From: a virus
Lineage: Duplodnaviria; Caudoviricetes
Length of the DNA: 41,176 bases
Direction: 5' to 3' (one strand)
IMG/VR virus record: IMGVR_UViG_3300002307_000101
Span: 1-41,176 of that record
In this document: piece by piece, positions 32,533 to 40,707 of the stretch
Numbering within the stretch: the stretch's first letter is position 1
How the letters are laid out: the number at the start of each line of letters is the position of its first letter
Notes under the pieces: generated by a model
Database searches by the model: none
What the model saw: the letters and a program-made list of their open reading frames with translations, nothing else
Told to the model about the DNA's origin: nothing
Translations under genes and position numbers: made by a program

Positions 32533-34514
32533 AGCGGCCTCGCATCGGGCAGGCTGCTGATGTAGCGCCTACCGTCGGATGCTACAGCATACCGTATTGG
32601 CATTCCTGCGTCATCTGATTTTGTTGACTGGTCAAACCACCCGACAAAACTCTCCAGCGCCTCCATCAACACGCGGTACTGATTGTCGGTGGGTAAGTCA
32701 GCCAGTGTGCCGTCCTTCTCCAGTTTGCGCGCGTAGCCGCGCATGAAGCCATTGATTGTCCAGTGCGCGCCCGCGTCCACAAGGAACGCAGCGTCGCCGC
32801 GCTCTCGCTTTGTTAGCCACGGCTTTATCTTCCCCTCGCACTTCGTCGCCCACCCCGTGCGCGCCACGGCTATGTTCTCGCGCTTCGCCGCAGCGGATAT
32901 ACCATTATTGGTATATTTATCGAACTGCTCCTGCGGAGCTGCGAGCTTCACCTGCCCGGCGCCCAGCATGATTGCCTCACGTAGTATGCCGGGTAGCGCT
33001 TCCAGCGGTGGTTTGTTCTGCACCCAGTCGCGGTAGATTCTAAATACTCCGTCGGAGAACTGCACCAGCATAGCAGCGCAGAGCGACGGACGCCCGGACA
33101 CCAGCAGCCAGCGAGGTTGGTAGGGGTCTAGCTCCAGAACGGGGGCGATGTGGTCAGAAGTGAAATCGTCGTAGACAACCCGCCCGGCGCGTATCCTAAG
33201 GAAGTACGCCAGTGCGTTAGGTACGTCCATGCGTCCGGTGGGAAACTGTAGAAGCTCAGTCTCAAGGTCTGGTAGATGCTTTGCATGTATGACGTTTCCG
33301 GACATGTAGAACGGCTGTAACCCTTTTATGAAGTCTATCTTATCTTTGGGCGCGCGCAAGTCAAGAAGCGGCAGACTCACCCCGCTCTGTAACATCTTTG
33401 CTCTGAGCGGCTGCATGATAAACTCTTCCAGTGAGTTTGTTTCCACGCCGATATGCACGGGGCGGAATCTATGGTTCCACTCGAAGATGGTGTTCACAAT
33501 CTCGTCAGGTCGGTGGAACGCCCCCAGCGCGTCGTGTACCAGCAGCTTGTTCCCACTCCACGAAGCAGCGACATAGCCAGTACGCGCGCTGGTGGATTTT
33601 ATAGTGCGCGCGGGGTCTACGATTATCTCCACGGGCAAGTAATGCTCCGGCGCGGGCGCTACCTTTATCATACTCGCCTGGAACGGCTTGCCCGCCACGT
33701 CCTCGGCACGGCACATATACTCCTGCTCGAACTCGGTGAGGTTGCCACTACTGAGGTAGTCCGCGCGCTGGTTCTCTATCCATGAAAGCGGGAACCGTGC
33801 TTCCCATGACGACACCTCGCGCCCGTCGTCGTTGATGTGCGATATGGGAAATATCTTTGAAATCCACCGGGAGTCCTGCGTCTTCTTGGTTATCAGCGCC
33901 TTCGGGTGTATCGGCGTCCCAATAAACCGCACTTTGCCCTTCGTCGGGTGCAGCGCAGGTATAAGTGTACCCGTCATCCAGCGGTCTGTGCGCCTGCGCG
34001 ACTCCTCTGTTGCAATGTTCGACTCGTCCTCCAAGTCATCAATGGCCGCGAGTGTCGGGCGCTCGTTGTTACTCTTCGTACCGCGCATGGACTGCCCGGC
34101 GCCGATAGCCTTAACCTTCCGGCCATTAGCGAGTTGCAGCTCATCCATAGACCAGGGGTTAGCTTTCTGGTCGCCGAAGAACCCACGGATGATGTCGTTC
34201 ATCTCAATCTCGTTGCGGATAGGCTCGAGATGCTCGCACGCGCTCTCCCATTTCGGCCCCACAAACAGGACATAGTCTTCCTCCTGAAACAGGAGCGACA
34301 GCAGCACGTACTCTTCAAGCAGCGTGGACTTCGCCGCACCACGAAACGCCATGAGCGCTACACGTGTGTGCAGGCTGTTAAATAATTTTATGATTTCCTC
34401 GTGGAACTCAGGCGACTCATCTTTGTGCCGCTGAGGGAAGAAGTGCTTGTGTGCAAGGAATCTGTCAGAACGAAACAGGCGAAGCAGGTCTTCATGTCGC
34501 TTTACGTCGCTCAT
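32529..34514 (-). CDS. terL: Terminase large subunit
   Basis: AFRGAAKST Walker A, AAIDDLE Walker B, FIGTP, FEQEYMC, IIVDPA nuclease motif. Confidence 0.92.
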   Translation of the reverse strand: MSDVKRHEDLLRLFRSDRFLAHKHFFPQRHKDESPEFHEEIIKLFNSLHTRVALMAFRGAAKSTLLEEYVLLSLLFQEEDYVLFVGPKWESACEHLEPIRNEIEMNDIIRGFFGDQKANPWSMDELQLANGRKVKAIGAGQSMRGTKSNNERPTLAAIDDLEDESNIATEESRRRTDRWMTGTLIPALHPTKGKVRFIGTPIHPKALITKKTQDSRWISKIFPISHINDDGREVSSWEARFPLSWIENQRADYLSSGNLTEFEQEYMCRAEDVAGKPFQASMIKVAPAPEHYLPVEIIVDPARTIKSTSARTGYVAASWSGNKLLVHDALGAFHRPDEIVNTIFEWNHRFRPVHIGVETNSLEEFIMQPLRAKMLQSGVSLPLLDLRAPKDKIDFIKGLQPFYMSGNVIHAKHLPDLETELLQFPTGRMDVPNALAYFLRIRAGRVVYDDFTSDHIAPVLELDPYQPRWLLVSGRPSLCAAMLVQFSDGVFRIYRDWVQNKPPLEALPGILREAIMLGAGQVKLAAPQEQFDKYTNNGISAAAKRENIAVARTGWATKCEGKIKPWLTKRERGDAAFLVDAGAHWTINGFMRGYARKLEKDGTLADLPTDNQYRVLMEALESFVGWFDQSTKSDDAGMPIRYAVASDGRRYISSLPDARPL

Positions 34515-34729
34515 TACACCCTCACGTAGCGGTAGGCTCCCTTGATGTTGTCGTGGAAGTAAGACCCGACCGAGGGAGCGGAGACGAACTCGTCAAACTC
34601 ATCCTGCGGCACGGCGCTGTACTTATACTCAGATCCGTTGCTGAACGTCACGAACATGTCTTGCGTCTCGTCGTCATACGCTATTGACGAGATGTTGCTC
34701 GACGACACGGGCTTGCGTACCAGTGCCAT
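34514..34729 (-). CDS. KTSC-domain protein
   Basis: VSSSNISSIAYD...VTFSNGSEYKYSAVP...APSVGSYF..NIK. Confidence 0.92.
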   Translation of the reverse strand: MALVRKPVSSSNISSIAYDDETQDMFVTFSNGSEYKYSAVPQDEFDEFVSAPSVGSYFHDNIKGAYRYVRV

Positions 34730-35037
34730 TACCAGCTCGCGACCTTAGCAATCGCGTCACCCAGCTTGCGCGCGGTTAAGCGGCCCGGTATCACGATGCG
34801 TTTGTTCTGCCAGCCTGTGGGGGAGAAGATGCGGACGTTGACGTCGGTGTGCATGCCATTATGGGCAATAGCAGCGGAGTGGACTTCGGGAGAGTCATCC
34901 TCTTCGGGAGTCTCGTCTGCGTCAGGGGCAGGAGCGTCGTTCACGTCGCTGGAAACTTCCGCGCGTTCTTCGGACTCGCCGTCCTCGTCAATCTGGCCTT
35001 GGCTGTTCACGTCGGGGTTTATCATATGCTGCTCCAT
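34729..35037 (-). CDS. Acidic hypothetical protein
   Basis: 102 aa; alternative start at 35025 after GGAG; TATAAT at 35045-35050. Confidence 0.7.
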   Translation of the reverse strand: MEQHMINPDVNSQGQIDEDGESEERAEVSSDVNDAPAPDADETPEEDDSPEVHSAAIAHNGMHTDVNVRIFSPTGWQNKRIVIPGRLTARKLGDAIAKVASW

Positions 35038-35045
35038 GTTGGGGA

Positions 35046-35333
35046 TTATACGTCTATCGCACCGCTCAAGCTCGGTAAAGATTTAAGGTTAGTATACGCC
35101 TGCGCGTAAATATTAGGCGCTCCGTCGGAAATGTCCAACACAAAACTACTCTCTATTATCCCGACAGGGTCGAGTCCCGCGTCGCAAGCGGCTTTATCTT
35201 TGAACACCGACGCAGATACGTAGAACGACGCAGGGGCTAAATCCGGGTTGCTCATCTTCAGTTGCGTGATGGCCACGTACGCTGCGTCGCAGACGAAGCC
35301 CTGGTCAGTCGTATATGCTACTTGTAAAGCCAT
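35046..35333 (-). CDS. Small fibre-associated protein, 95 aa
   Basis: MALQVAYTTDQG...NIYAQAYTNLK...GAIDV; RBS GGAAGG; follows a fibre gene. Confidence 0.7.
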   Translation of the reverse strand: MALQVAYTTDQGFVCDAAYVAITQLKMSNPDLAPASFYVSASVFKDKAACDAGLDPVGIIESSFVLDISDGAPNIYAQAYTNLKSLPSLSGAIDV

Positions 35334-35335
35334 AA

Positions 35336-37009
35336 TTAGAATCCTTCCACAATGATATAGCCTGTTGACGTTGCACCTGTAATCGTCATGGCTGTCGTTG
35401 ATATTGACGTAACCAAACTTGTCGCCAGGCCGTTTGTGCTCATAACGGTTGGCGTGTTTGTGAATGCTGTGGGGAAGGTATAGGAGGCCGTCCCCAGAAG
35501 TGCTGCGCAATACACCACCACTTTTTTATACCCGCTGCCCTGTTCTGGTTGCGTGTAGGTCGCCGTGCCGGATGTAGAGCCATTTACGACGGTCGTTGTG
35601 GAGTTAATCTGCAAGGCCGTCATAGTAGCAGTGCCGACAACCTCCAGCATTTGCGTTGCTACACCTGTATCGCCCAAACGAAAACCGCCGGTTATGTTGA
35701 CGGATGCTATCTGTGTACCGGCTTGATTTGCAAAAGCCAGCGCTCTGCCCGATACGGCTTTCGTGCCGATAGTAAAATACCCGGACGTGGGTAGCATCGT
35801 GCCGCCCAGCACAAAGTTTCCGTTTATCGTCGCATTGCCCGCAGTGGTTAAACTCCCGGCGTAATCCACATTGAAAAGCTGAGAATTATCTGCGGCGTTA
35901 ACCGCATCTATAAGTGAGCCGGCGGGTGAAGTATCTGTAAATCTCTGTATATGAATACCGTTGCTTCCGTTTGCAGTCTGACGCACTGCAAGCGCCCAGT
36001 TGCCGTCGTCTGCTACTGCCCCGAGACTCACCCGCCCGGACGCAACGTAAAGAGCAAGCGGGATTGTTTGTGTAACGTTTGTGCTGGAGGTTGGAGGGCC
36101 GGCGATATAAACGGTTGCTGACCTTGTGTATGTAGTCGCGTTTGTTGCCAGGAGGGTTGGGGTGCCAAACGCATTTACGCCCTGGGTTGCCACTGTGCCC
36201 GAAGACGAGGTGTCCGTGAAGGAAGCCGCCGCGCTATTGAACAACGCGCCGTTCGTTGTCCACGCGGTAGTGGACAGGTTGCCGCCCAGGTGCAGCCTTG
36301 CTGCGGGCGCATTCGTGCCAACGCCCATAAGCCCGGCGCTGGATATTCTTGCCAGCTCACCGTTTAAATTAAACGACAAAAATGTCCCTATGTTGCCACT
36401 CGGCCCGAACTGAAAGTTAGTGCCGTTGTAGGCCGCGATAATCTGCCCGGAGCCGTTACTGGCAATAAGGCCGTTCGCCCTGATGTTGGCATTAAATACC
36501 TCGAGTAGCGCAAGCGGGTTGTTCGTCCCGATGCCGACGTTGCCGTTATTGAAGATGCGCATGGCTTCGGTTGCGCCGTTATTTCCCGTTTGGAAAATAA
36601 GATCTGCGCCTGCCGTGCCTGCGCCTGAAGTCGAGCGAAGTATAAGGGTCGAGGTCGTCCCCGTGCCGCCGATGAGCAAGGGGTTGGTTACGCCGGTCGT
36701 AAATGTGGGGCTTGTGGAAAACACCACGTTACCCGAGCCAGTCGTGCCGCTGACGGTCGTGCCCGCTATTTTAGCCACGGTGGTAGCGCCGGAGCCGGCG
36801 GATGTCGTCACGTCGCCTGTGAGCGCAGGCAGCCGCGATGTCGATAACGTCCCGCTGGTTATGTTGGTCGCGTTGGTCGTGTCGGTCATAGCCGACGCTG
36901 CGAGGGTAAGTTGCAGGTCAGTCGTGCCGCTGCGTACGCCGATGACTGTGTCAGTGCTTACGGCGATAGTTCCGCCAGATGCTATCTGTGAAAGTTTGAG
37001 TACAGCCAT
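35336..37009 (-). CDS. Long fibre/spike protein
   Basis: LTGDVT, EAMRIFNNGNVGIGTNNP and GLMGVGTNAP beta-repeats; Thr/Gly-rich. Confidence 0.8.
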   Translation of the reverse strand: MAVLKLSQIASGGTIAVSTDTVIGVRSGTTDLQLTLAASAMTDTTNATNITSGTLSTSRLPALTGDVTTSAGSGATTVAKIAGTTVSGTTGSGNVVFSTSPTFTTGVTNPLLIGGTGTTSTLILRSTSGAGTAGADLIFQTGNNGATEAMRIFNNGNVGIGTNNPLALLEVFNANIRANGLIASNGSGQIIAAYNGTNFQFGPSGNIGTFLSFNLNGELARISSAGLMGVGTNAPAARLHLGGNLSTTAWTTNGALFNSAAASFTDTSSSGTVATQGVNAFGTPTLLATNATTYTRSATVYIAGPPTSSTNVTQTIPLALYVASGRVSLGAVADDGNWALAVRQTANGSNGIHIQRFTDTSPAGSLIDAVNAADNSQLFNVDYAGSLTTAGNATINGNFVLGGTMLPTSGYFTIGTKAVSGRALAFANQAGTQIASVNITGGFRLGDTGVATQMLEVVGTATMTALQINSTTTVVNGSTSGTATYTQPEQGSGYKKVVVYCAALLGTASYTFPTAFTNTPTVMSTNGLATSLVTSISTTAMTITGATSTGYIIVEGF

Positions 37010-37150
37010 CTAGGACTCCTGCACGTAGAACGTCGTGCCGTCCTCGGCTACGTAGCTCGTGGCGCCGTCTTCCGCGACGTAGCCATTATCAGGCTCGCCA
37101 CCGGTGAGGTTATATACGAACCACCAGAGAGGGGTGTTGTTGTGGAGCAT
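37010..37150 (-). CDS. Small protein with YVAEDG repeats, 46 aa (not in ORF track)
   Basis: MLHNNTPLWWFVYNLTGGEPDNGYVAEDGATSYVAEDGTTFYVQES; RBS AGGAG; abuts both neighbours. Confidence 0.7.
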   Translation of the reverse strand: MLHNNTPLWWFVYNLTGGEPDNGYVAEDGATSYVAEDGTTFYVQES

Positions 37151-37151
37151 G

Positions 37152-37667
37152 TCAGACTCCTACTTCTTTGAGAGCGCCTTCCAGAAGTTTTTGTTTGCGG
37201 ATGAGTACAGACTCCCACGTAGCCAGTCTGCGCTGCTCGTCGCTCAGCTCCGAGGCACGGGCGTCAAGAGTCCTGGCCTGCTCAGTGAGTTTAGCTTGCA
37301 GGGCAGTTTGCAGAGCGGCCTGTGCTTTGAGTTCCGTGTCGCGCTTATTGACGTCAGCTACGAACTTATCCGTGCCGTTGATTTGGTTCTGGAGCTGAGC
37401 GCGCGCGGTGGCCAGGTCGGCGGTAGCGGCGGCGAGCTTCTTCTCCCGAGTAGCCATAGAGAGCTTGTGTTCCTCAGCCTCAGCCATAGTGTCGAGCGCG
37501 GCGTTGTAAGCAGCCTGCTGCTCCTCCGTGAGCTTAATCTGCCGGCGTGTCTCGTCTCCTGCGGCAGCAGCGTTCTCCGGCGTGTGTGCGCGGATAGCGT
37601 CAGTCAGGCCAGCCAGTAGTTCGTGGAGCTTGAGCGAATTGTTGCGGTTGTAAATAGTGTCGGTCAT
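37152..37667 (-). CDS. Coiled-coil protein
   Basis: 171 aa with Ala/Leu/Glu heptads. Confidence 0.75.
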   Translation of the reverse strand: MTDTIYNRNNSLKLHELLAGLTDAIRAHTPENAAAAGDETRRQIKLTEEQQAAYNAALDTMAEAEEHKLSMATREKKLAAATADLATARAQLQNQINGTDKFVADVNKRDTELKAQAALQTALQAKLTEQARTLDARASELSDEQRRLATWESVLIRKQKLLEGALKEVGV

Positions 37668-37671
37668 GCTG

Positions 37672-37938
37672 CTAGTTGTAGAAGAATGTTACGTCGCCCG
37701 CGCCGGAGAGAACCGCGTAGAGGCCAGTGTTGAAGAGTGCGGGGATGGGGTAGGGTGTAGCAGCGGCGGCGACTAAGCCATTGAGTATGACTGTGCCTGC
37801 GGCTGACGTGTTGTCGTAGAGCGTAATGGTTGGGGTGCCGGTGGCCACAATGAACCCACCACTCAAACCACTGCCGGTCTTAATAAGGCCGGAGGCGGTG
37901 AGCCGCTTGAACTGATATTGGCCATTTGGAACGAGCAC
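37672..37938 (-). CDS. Small beta-rich virion protein (first late gene)
   Basis: 88 aa, GTG start; ITLYDNTSAAG...FNTGLY. Confidence 0.75.
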   Translation of the reverse strand: MLVPNGQYQFKRLTASGLIKTGSGLSGGFIVATGTPTITLYDNTSAAGTVILNGLVAAAATPYPIPALFNTGLYAVLSGAGDVTFFYN

Positions 37939-37959
37939 GATAACCCCATTTGTTGTGGC

Positions 37960-37987
37960 ATTGTACCATGCTGATTCAGGGGGTCAA
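37960..37987 (-). promoter_or_regulatory. Sigma70-like late-operon promoter
   Basis: TTGACC-N16-TACAAT with extended -10 TG. Confidence 0.7.
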
Positions 37988-37988
37988 T

Positions 37989-38013
37989 AAAAAAACCCCG
38001 GCGCGAACCGGGG
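37989..38013 (-). terminator. Intrinsic terminator
   Basis: CCCCGG-TTCGCG-CCGGGG followed by T7. Confidence 0.85.
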
Positions 38014-38030
38014 AGTTGGGGAGGGTAAGC
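37989..38030 (-). ncRNA. Predicted ~42-nt small RNA / leader
   Basis: Bounded by the promoter at 38036-38063 and the terminator. Confidence 0.45.
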
Positions 38031-38035
38031 GGAGA

Positions 38036-38063
38036 AGTATATCCTGATTGAACGTATAGTCAA
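38036..38063 (-). promoter_or_regulatory. Sigma70-like promoter
   Basis: TTGACT-N16-TATACT. Confidence 0.7.
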
Positions 38064-38105
38064 TATATTTTGCGGGCGCCGGAAATCGCAGCTACATGTT
38101 CTACG

Positions 38106-38153
38106 AAATTACGAGCGACGAAAGTGAAGCACTATAAATTATGAGCGACGAAA
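38106..38153. repeat. 18-bp direct repeat x2, period 30
   Basis: AAATTAYGAGCGACGAAA at 38106 and 38136. Confidence 0.85.
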
Positions 38154-38290
38154 ATTGAAAAACTGCTGCGGATTTTTTGGGTGTCAATAAAAAAAGCATT
38201 CCTCTGCGTCCCCCCCGTTAGAATCCTAAGTTACACCCGCAAGCTGTTGATATTACACAACATAATAAATAAATTCAACACACAACACAC

Positions 38291-38360
38291 CTAAGCTATT
38301 GAACGCAGAGGGATATTATGGTTATGGATCGCTAAGCTATTGAACGCATAGGGATATTAT
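38291..38360. repeat. 29-bp direct repeat x2, one mismatch
   Basis: CTAAGCTATTGAACGCAKAGGGATATTAT at 38291 and 38332. Confidence 0.9.
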
Positions 38361-38718
38361 AAAATATAGTTGATTAGTCAGCACGTTAGCTAAACGGCGA
38401 AAAAGTGATTAAAACCATTAGGTTGGCGCAACAGAATCTATAAGCCATTGAGCTATTATGCCTATGGTTCGAGTATACTGATAATTAATCTTTTCAAAGC
38501 AAACTTATTTACAGCCTAAAAATCACTGTTTTTTGACCCACTGTCATAAAACTATTAAAAACCGAAAAATAATAGAGCGGAAATGCCATGTTATCGTTAA
38601 AAATTCAATAGCTTACACTCATTTTCCATAATCACGTAAATTTTGAGTAGTACATGGAAAATCTGTGGAATCGACGTTAAGCTATTGATTTTGTAACTAT
38701 ACCCATTTTTTAACATAT

Positions 38719-38826
38719 GACATAGTTGTGACATATTTACGACATATATTTGACATAATCAAAAGTATGTCATTTGGATGTCATAGTTATGTCAGAATTA
38801 TGTCGCTATTTTCATATTTTTATGCC
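38719..38826. repeat. 11-bp-phased inverted GACATA array
   Basis: GACATA at 38719/30/41/52; (T/G)ATGTC at 38766/77/88/99; TATGCC at 38821. Confidence 0.9.
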
Positions 38827-38893
38827 ATATTGGCTCTGACGGCCGAAAAGTCGTTAATTATTAACTACTATATATAGAGAGGACACCTACTAT

Positions 38894-39103
38894 ATGCAAA
38901 ACACTAAAGGATACCGGCACGGTTACGCGGACGGACTGCTAGGGATAGATTCCGGCAATCCTTACCCCGCAACATGGCGCTACGCCGGGGAGCGTATCAA
39001 TTACTCGTTTGGGTACCATGACGGGAGTTACCGGCGCAAAGCAAACGGCATTACGCTCACAGTACTGGATCATACAATTCACGCTATTATAGGGAGAGAC
39101 TAA
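38894..39103 (+). CDS. Hypothetical early protein
   Basis: 69 aa; RBS GAGAGGA; GYxxGY motifs. Confidence 0.7.
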   Translation: MQNTKGYRHGYADGLLGIDSGNPYPATWRYAGERINYSFGYHDGSYRRKANGITLTVLDHTIHAIIGRD

Positions 39104-39280
39104 AATGAATAAAATTTCAAAAACAAAACAGGCGCTTTTAAACCCGAATCTGTATGCAACGTGATACTTTCTAAACTTAGATCTGAAAAGGCGGAATACG
39201 CGGAAGTTATATCTAAAATTGCCGCCTATACGGAAGCAATGGCTTAAAAACACAACAACTTAACAAAAGGAGCTAAAACC

Positions 39281-39754
39281 ATGAGCATCACATTTACAAC
39301 ACATTTAATAAGAGAGCCATTAAAGTCATTAAAGTCATTAAAGTCAAAAAGCGATGATTGGCGAGAATTTGCCCATAAATGGCTAGTTACCATTAACGGC
39401 CAAGAATTTGCTTACTACACCGGACCGGGGCACAGGGAGGAACGCAAGAAAGGGTTCCGAACGGATCACACTTATGCAGAATTGAAGCAGAAAAACCTAA
39501 CACCTTCCGGCTTAAAATCTCTTCTCGAATTAAGCAAGGCGGTACCGCCTTCGCTTGATGATGTGCTTTCTTGTCTCGTTTTAGATGCAAGCGCTGCGGA
39601 AATGTCTTTCTCTGATTGGTGTAGCGATTTTGGCTACGATACGGATTCGCGCAAAGCATTCTCTACTTATGAACAATGCCGAGAGAACGCCGATAAACTA
39701 CGTAAGGCCGGTATTAATATCTCCGCTGAACGCGAGCGTCTTGCTGATTATTAA
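39281..39754 (+). CDS. Hypothetical early protein
   Basis: RBS AAGGAG; SFSDWCSDFGYDTDSRKA. Confidence 0.85.
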   Translation: MSITFTTHLIREPLKSLKSLKSKSDDWREFAHKWLVTINGQEFAYYTGPGHREERKKGFRTDHTYAELKQKNLTPSGLKSLLELSKAVPPSLDDVLSCLVLDASAAEMSFSDWCSDFGYDTDSRKAFSTYEQCRENADKLRKAGINISAERERLADY

Positions 39755-39781
39755 ACAACCTAAACATAGGAGAATAAGCCA

Positions 39782-40018
39782 ATGACCAAAAAACCACGCT
39801 CTAAACAACTGCTTACTGTGATCCCCTTCACCGGCTTTTGTGAATCGAGACACAGCCGATTGTTAGACGAGGCAAAGGCGTGTGCCTTTTTTGATGTACC
39901 GGAAGATACCTATGAAAACATGCCGGAAGAGGATCAGGAAGCACTCATAGCACGGTACAAGGAAGCAACTTATCGTTGCCCCGCCACGCTGAACATGCAA
40001 CTAACAAAAGCAATATAG
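39782..40018 (+). CDS. Hypothetical early protein
   Basis: RBS AGGAG; 78 aa. Confidence 0.7.
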   Translation: MTKKPRSKQLLTVIPFTGFCESRHSRLLDEAKACAFFDVPEDTYENMPEEDQEALIARYKEATYRCPATLNMQLTKAI

Positions 40019-40030
40019 GAGTACCTCACA

Positions 40031-40438
40031 ATGTCATTTAGAAAATTCATGGAAGATAACCAGTTAACAAACACCACGGTAGCACACTGGCTAGGCGTGA
40101 CTGCGCAGCAAGCGTATATGTACAAGCGCAACGACCGAATACCCACAGAGCGCTTGCGGGAACTCAAGGACATATTGTCGCTACCCCCTGATAGGCGCAC
40201 GGCGTACCTGCGCGACAAGAAGCGCTGGAAAAAAGACCGCGTATTCCGTATGCCACGCTTTTCTAACGAGCGTGACGCGCTGCATTACTGCGCGAAGCAA
40301 ATGGTTAAAGCGCGTGAGGAACTATCACCCCCAGAAAAGAAAGTAAGCGCGCTGTACGAAGCACTATGCAGAAAGTACGGCGTAAACCCTGCGTTCCCGA
40401 AAACCATTTTGGAACAATACGCCCCGCTGCATGAATAA
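40031..40438 (+). CDS. HTH (XRE-like) DNA-binding protein
   Basis: LTNTTVAHWLGVTAQQAYMYKRNDRIP; RBS AGGAG. Confidence 0.7.
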   Translation: MSFRKFMEDNQLTNTTVAHWLGVTAQQAYMYKRNDRIPTERLRELKDILSLPPDRRTAYLRDKKRWKKDRVFRMPRFSNERDALHYCAKQMVKAREELSPPEKKVSALYEALCRKYGVNPAFPKTILEQYAPLHE

Positions 40439-40461
40439 TTATACTACGCAGTTTTACACAC

Positions 40462-40500
40462 TTGACATAGCCGCTATACCTGATAAGTATAGCGGCTATG
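40462..40500. promoter_or_regulatory. Perfect 14-bp inverted repeat overlapping TTGACA
   Basis: CATAGCCGCTATAC-N7-GTATAGCGGCTATG (40466-40500); TTGACA at 40462. Confidence 0.7.
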
Positions 40501-40518
40501 GTTATTTAGAGGGTATGT

Positions 40519-40707
40519 ATGAAGCCTCTGCTTACGCAACTCCTGGCCTTCCGCATTAACTCCCGCGCTGCGTTGCGAGAGGCGGATAGGCTGGCAGAGG
40601 CGGCAGGGACGCATGAGGCATGGGAGCACAGGCACCAAGTGTGGAGTAGGTTGGAGACTGAGTTAAGTAAGCACAAGATTAACAACAACGAAAGGACAAG
40701 ACTATGA
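40519..40707 (+). CDS. Hypothetical protein
   Basis: 62 aa; RBS GAGGG; coupled to next gene. Confidence 0.65.
   Translation: MKPLLTQLLAFRINSRAALREADRLAEAAGTHEAWEHRHQVWSRLETELSKHKINNNERTRL

Noticed and set aside
35334-35510. Upstream starts given in the track for 35046-35510 (likewise 6328, 13436, 22315, 23051)
   Set aside because: They overlap upstream genes and lack an RBS; internal ATGs with RBS or coupling fit better.
14879-37619. Numerous + strand ORFs opposite the late genes
   Set aside because: Antisense shadows with no RBS or recognisable motifs.
38291-38360. Possible mini-CRISPR array
   Set aside because: Only two copies with a 12-nt spacer and no cas operon.
39317-39345. 9-bp tandem repeat CATTAAAGT x3 in the 39281 gene
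   Set aside because: A short in-frame slippage duplication with no evidence of function.
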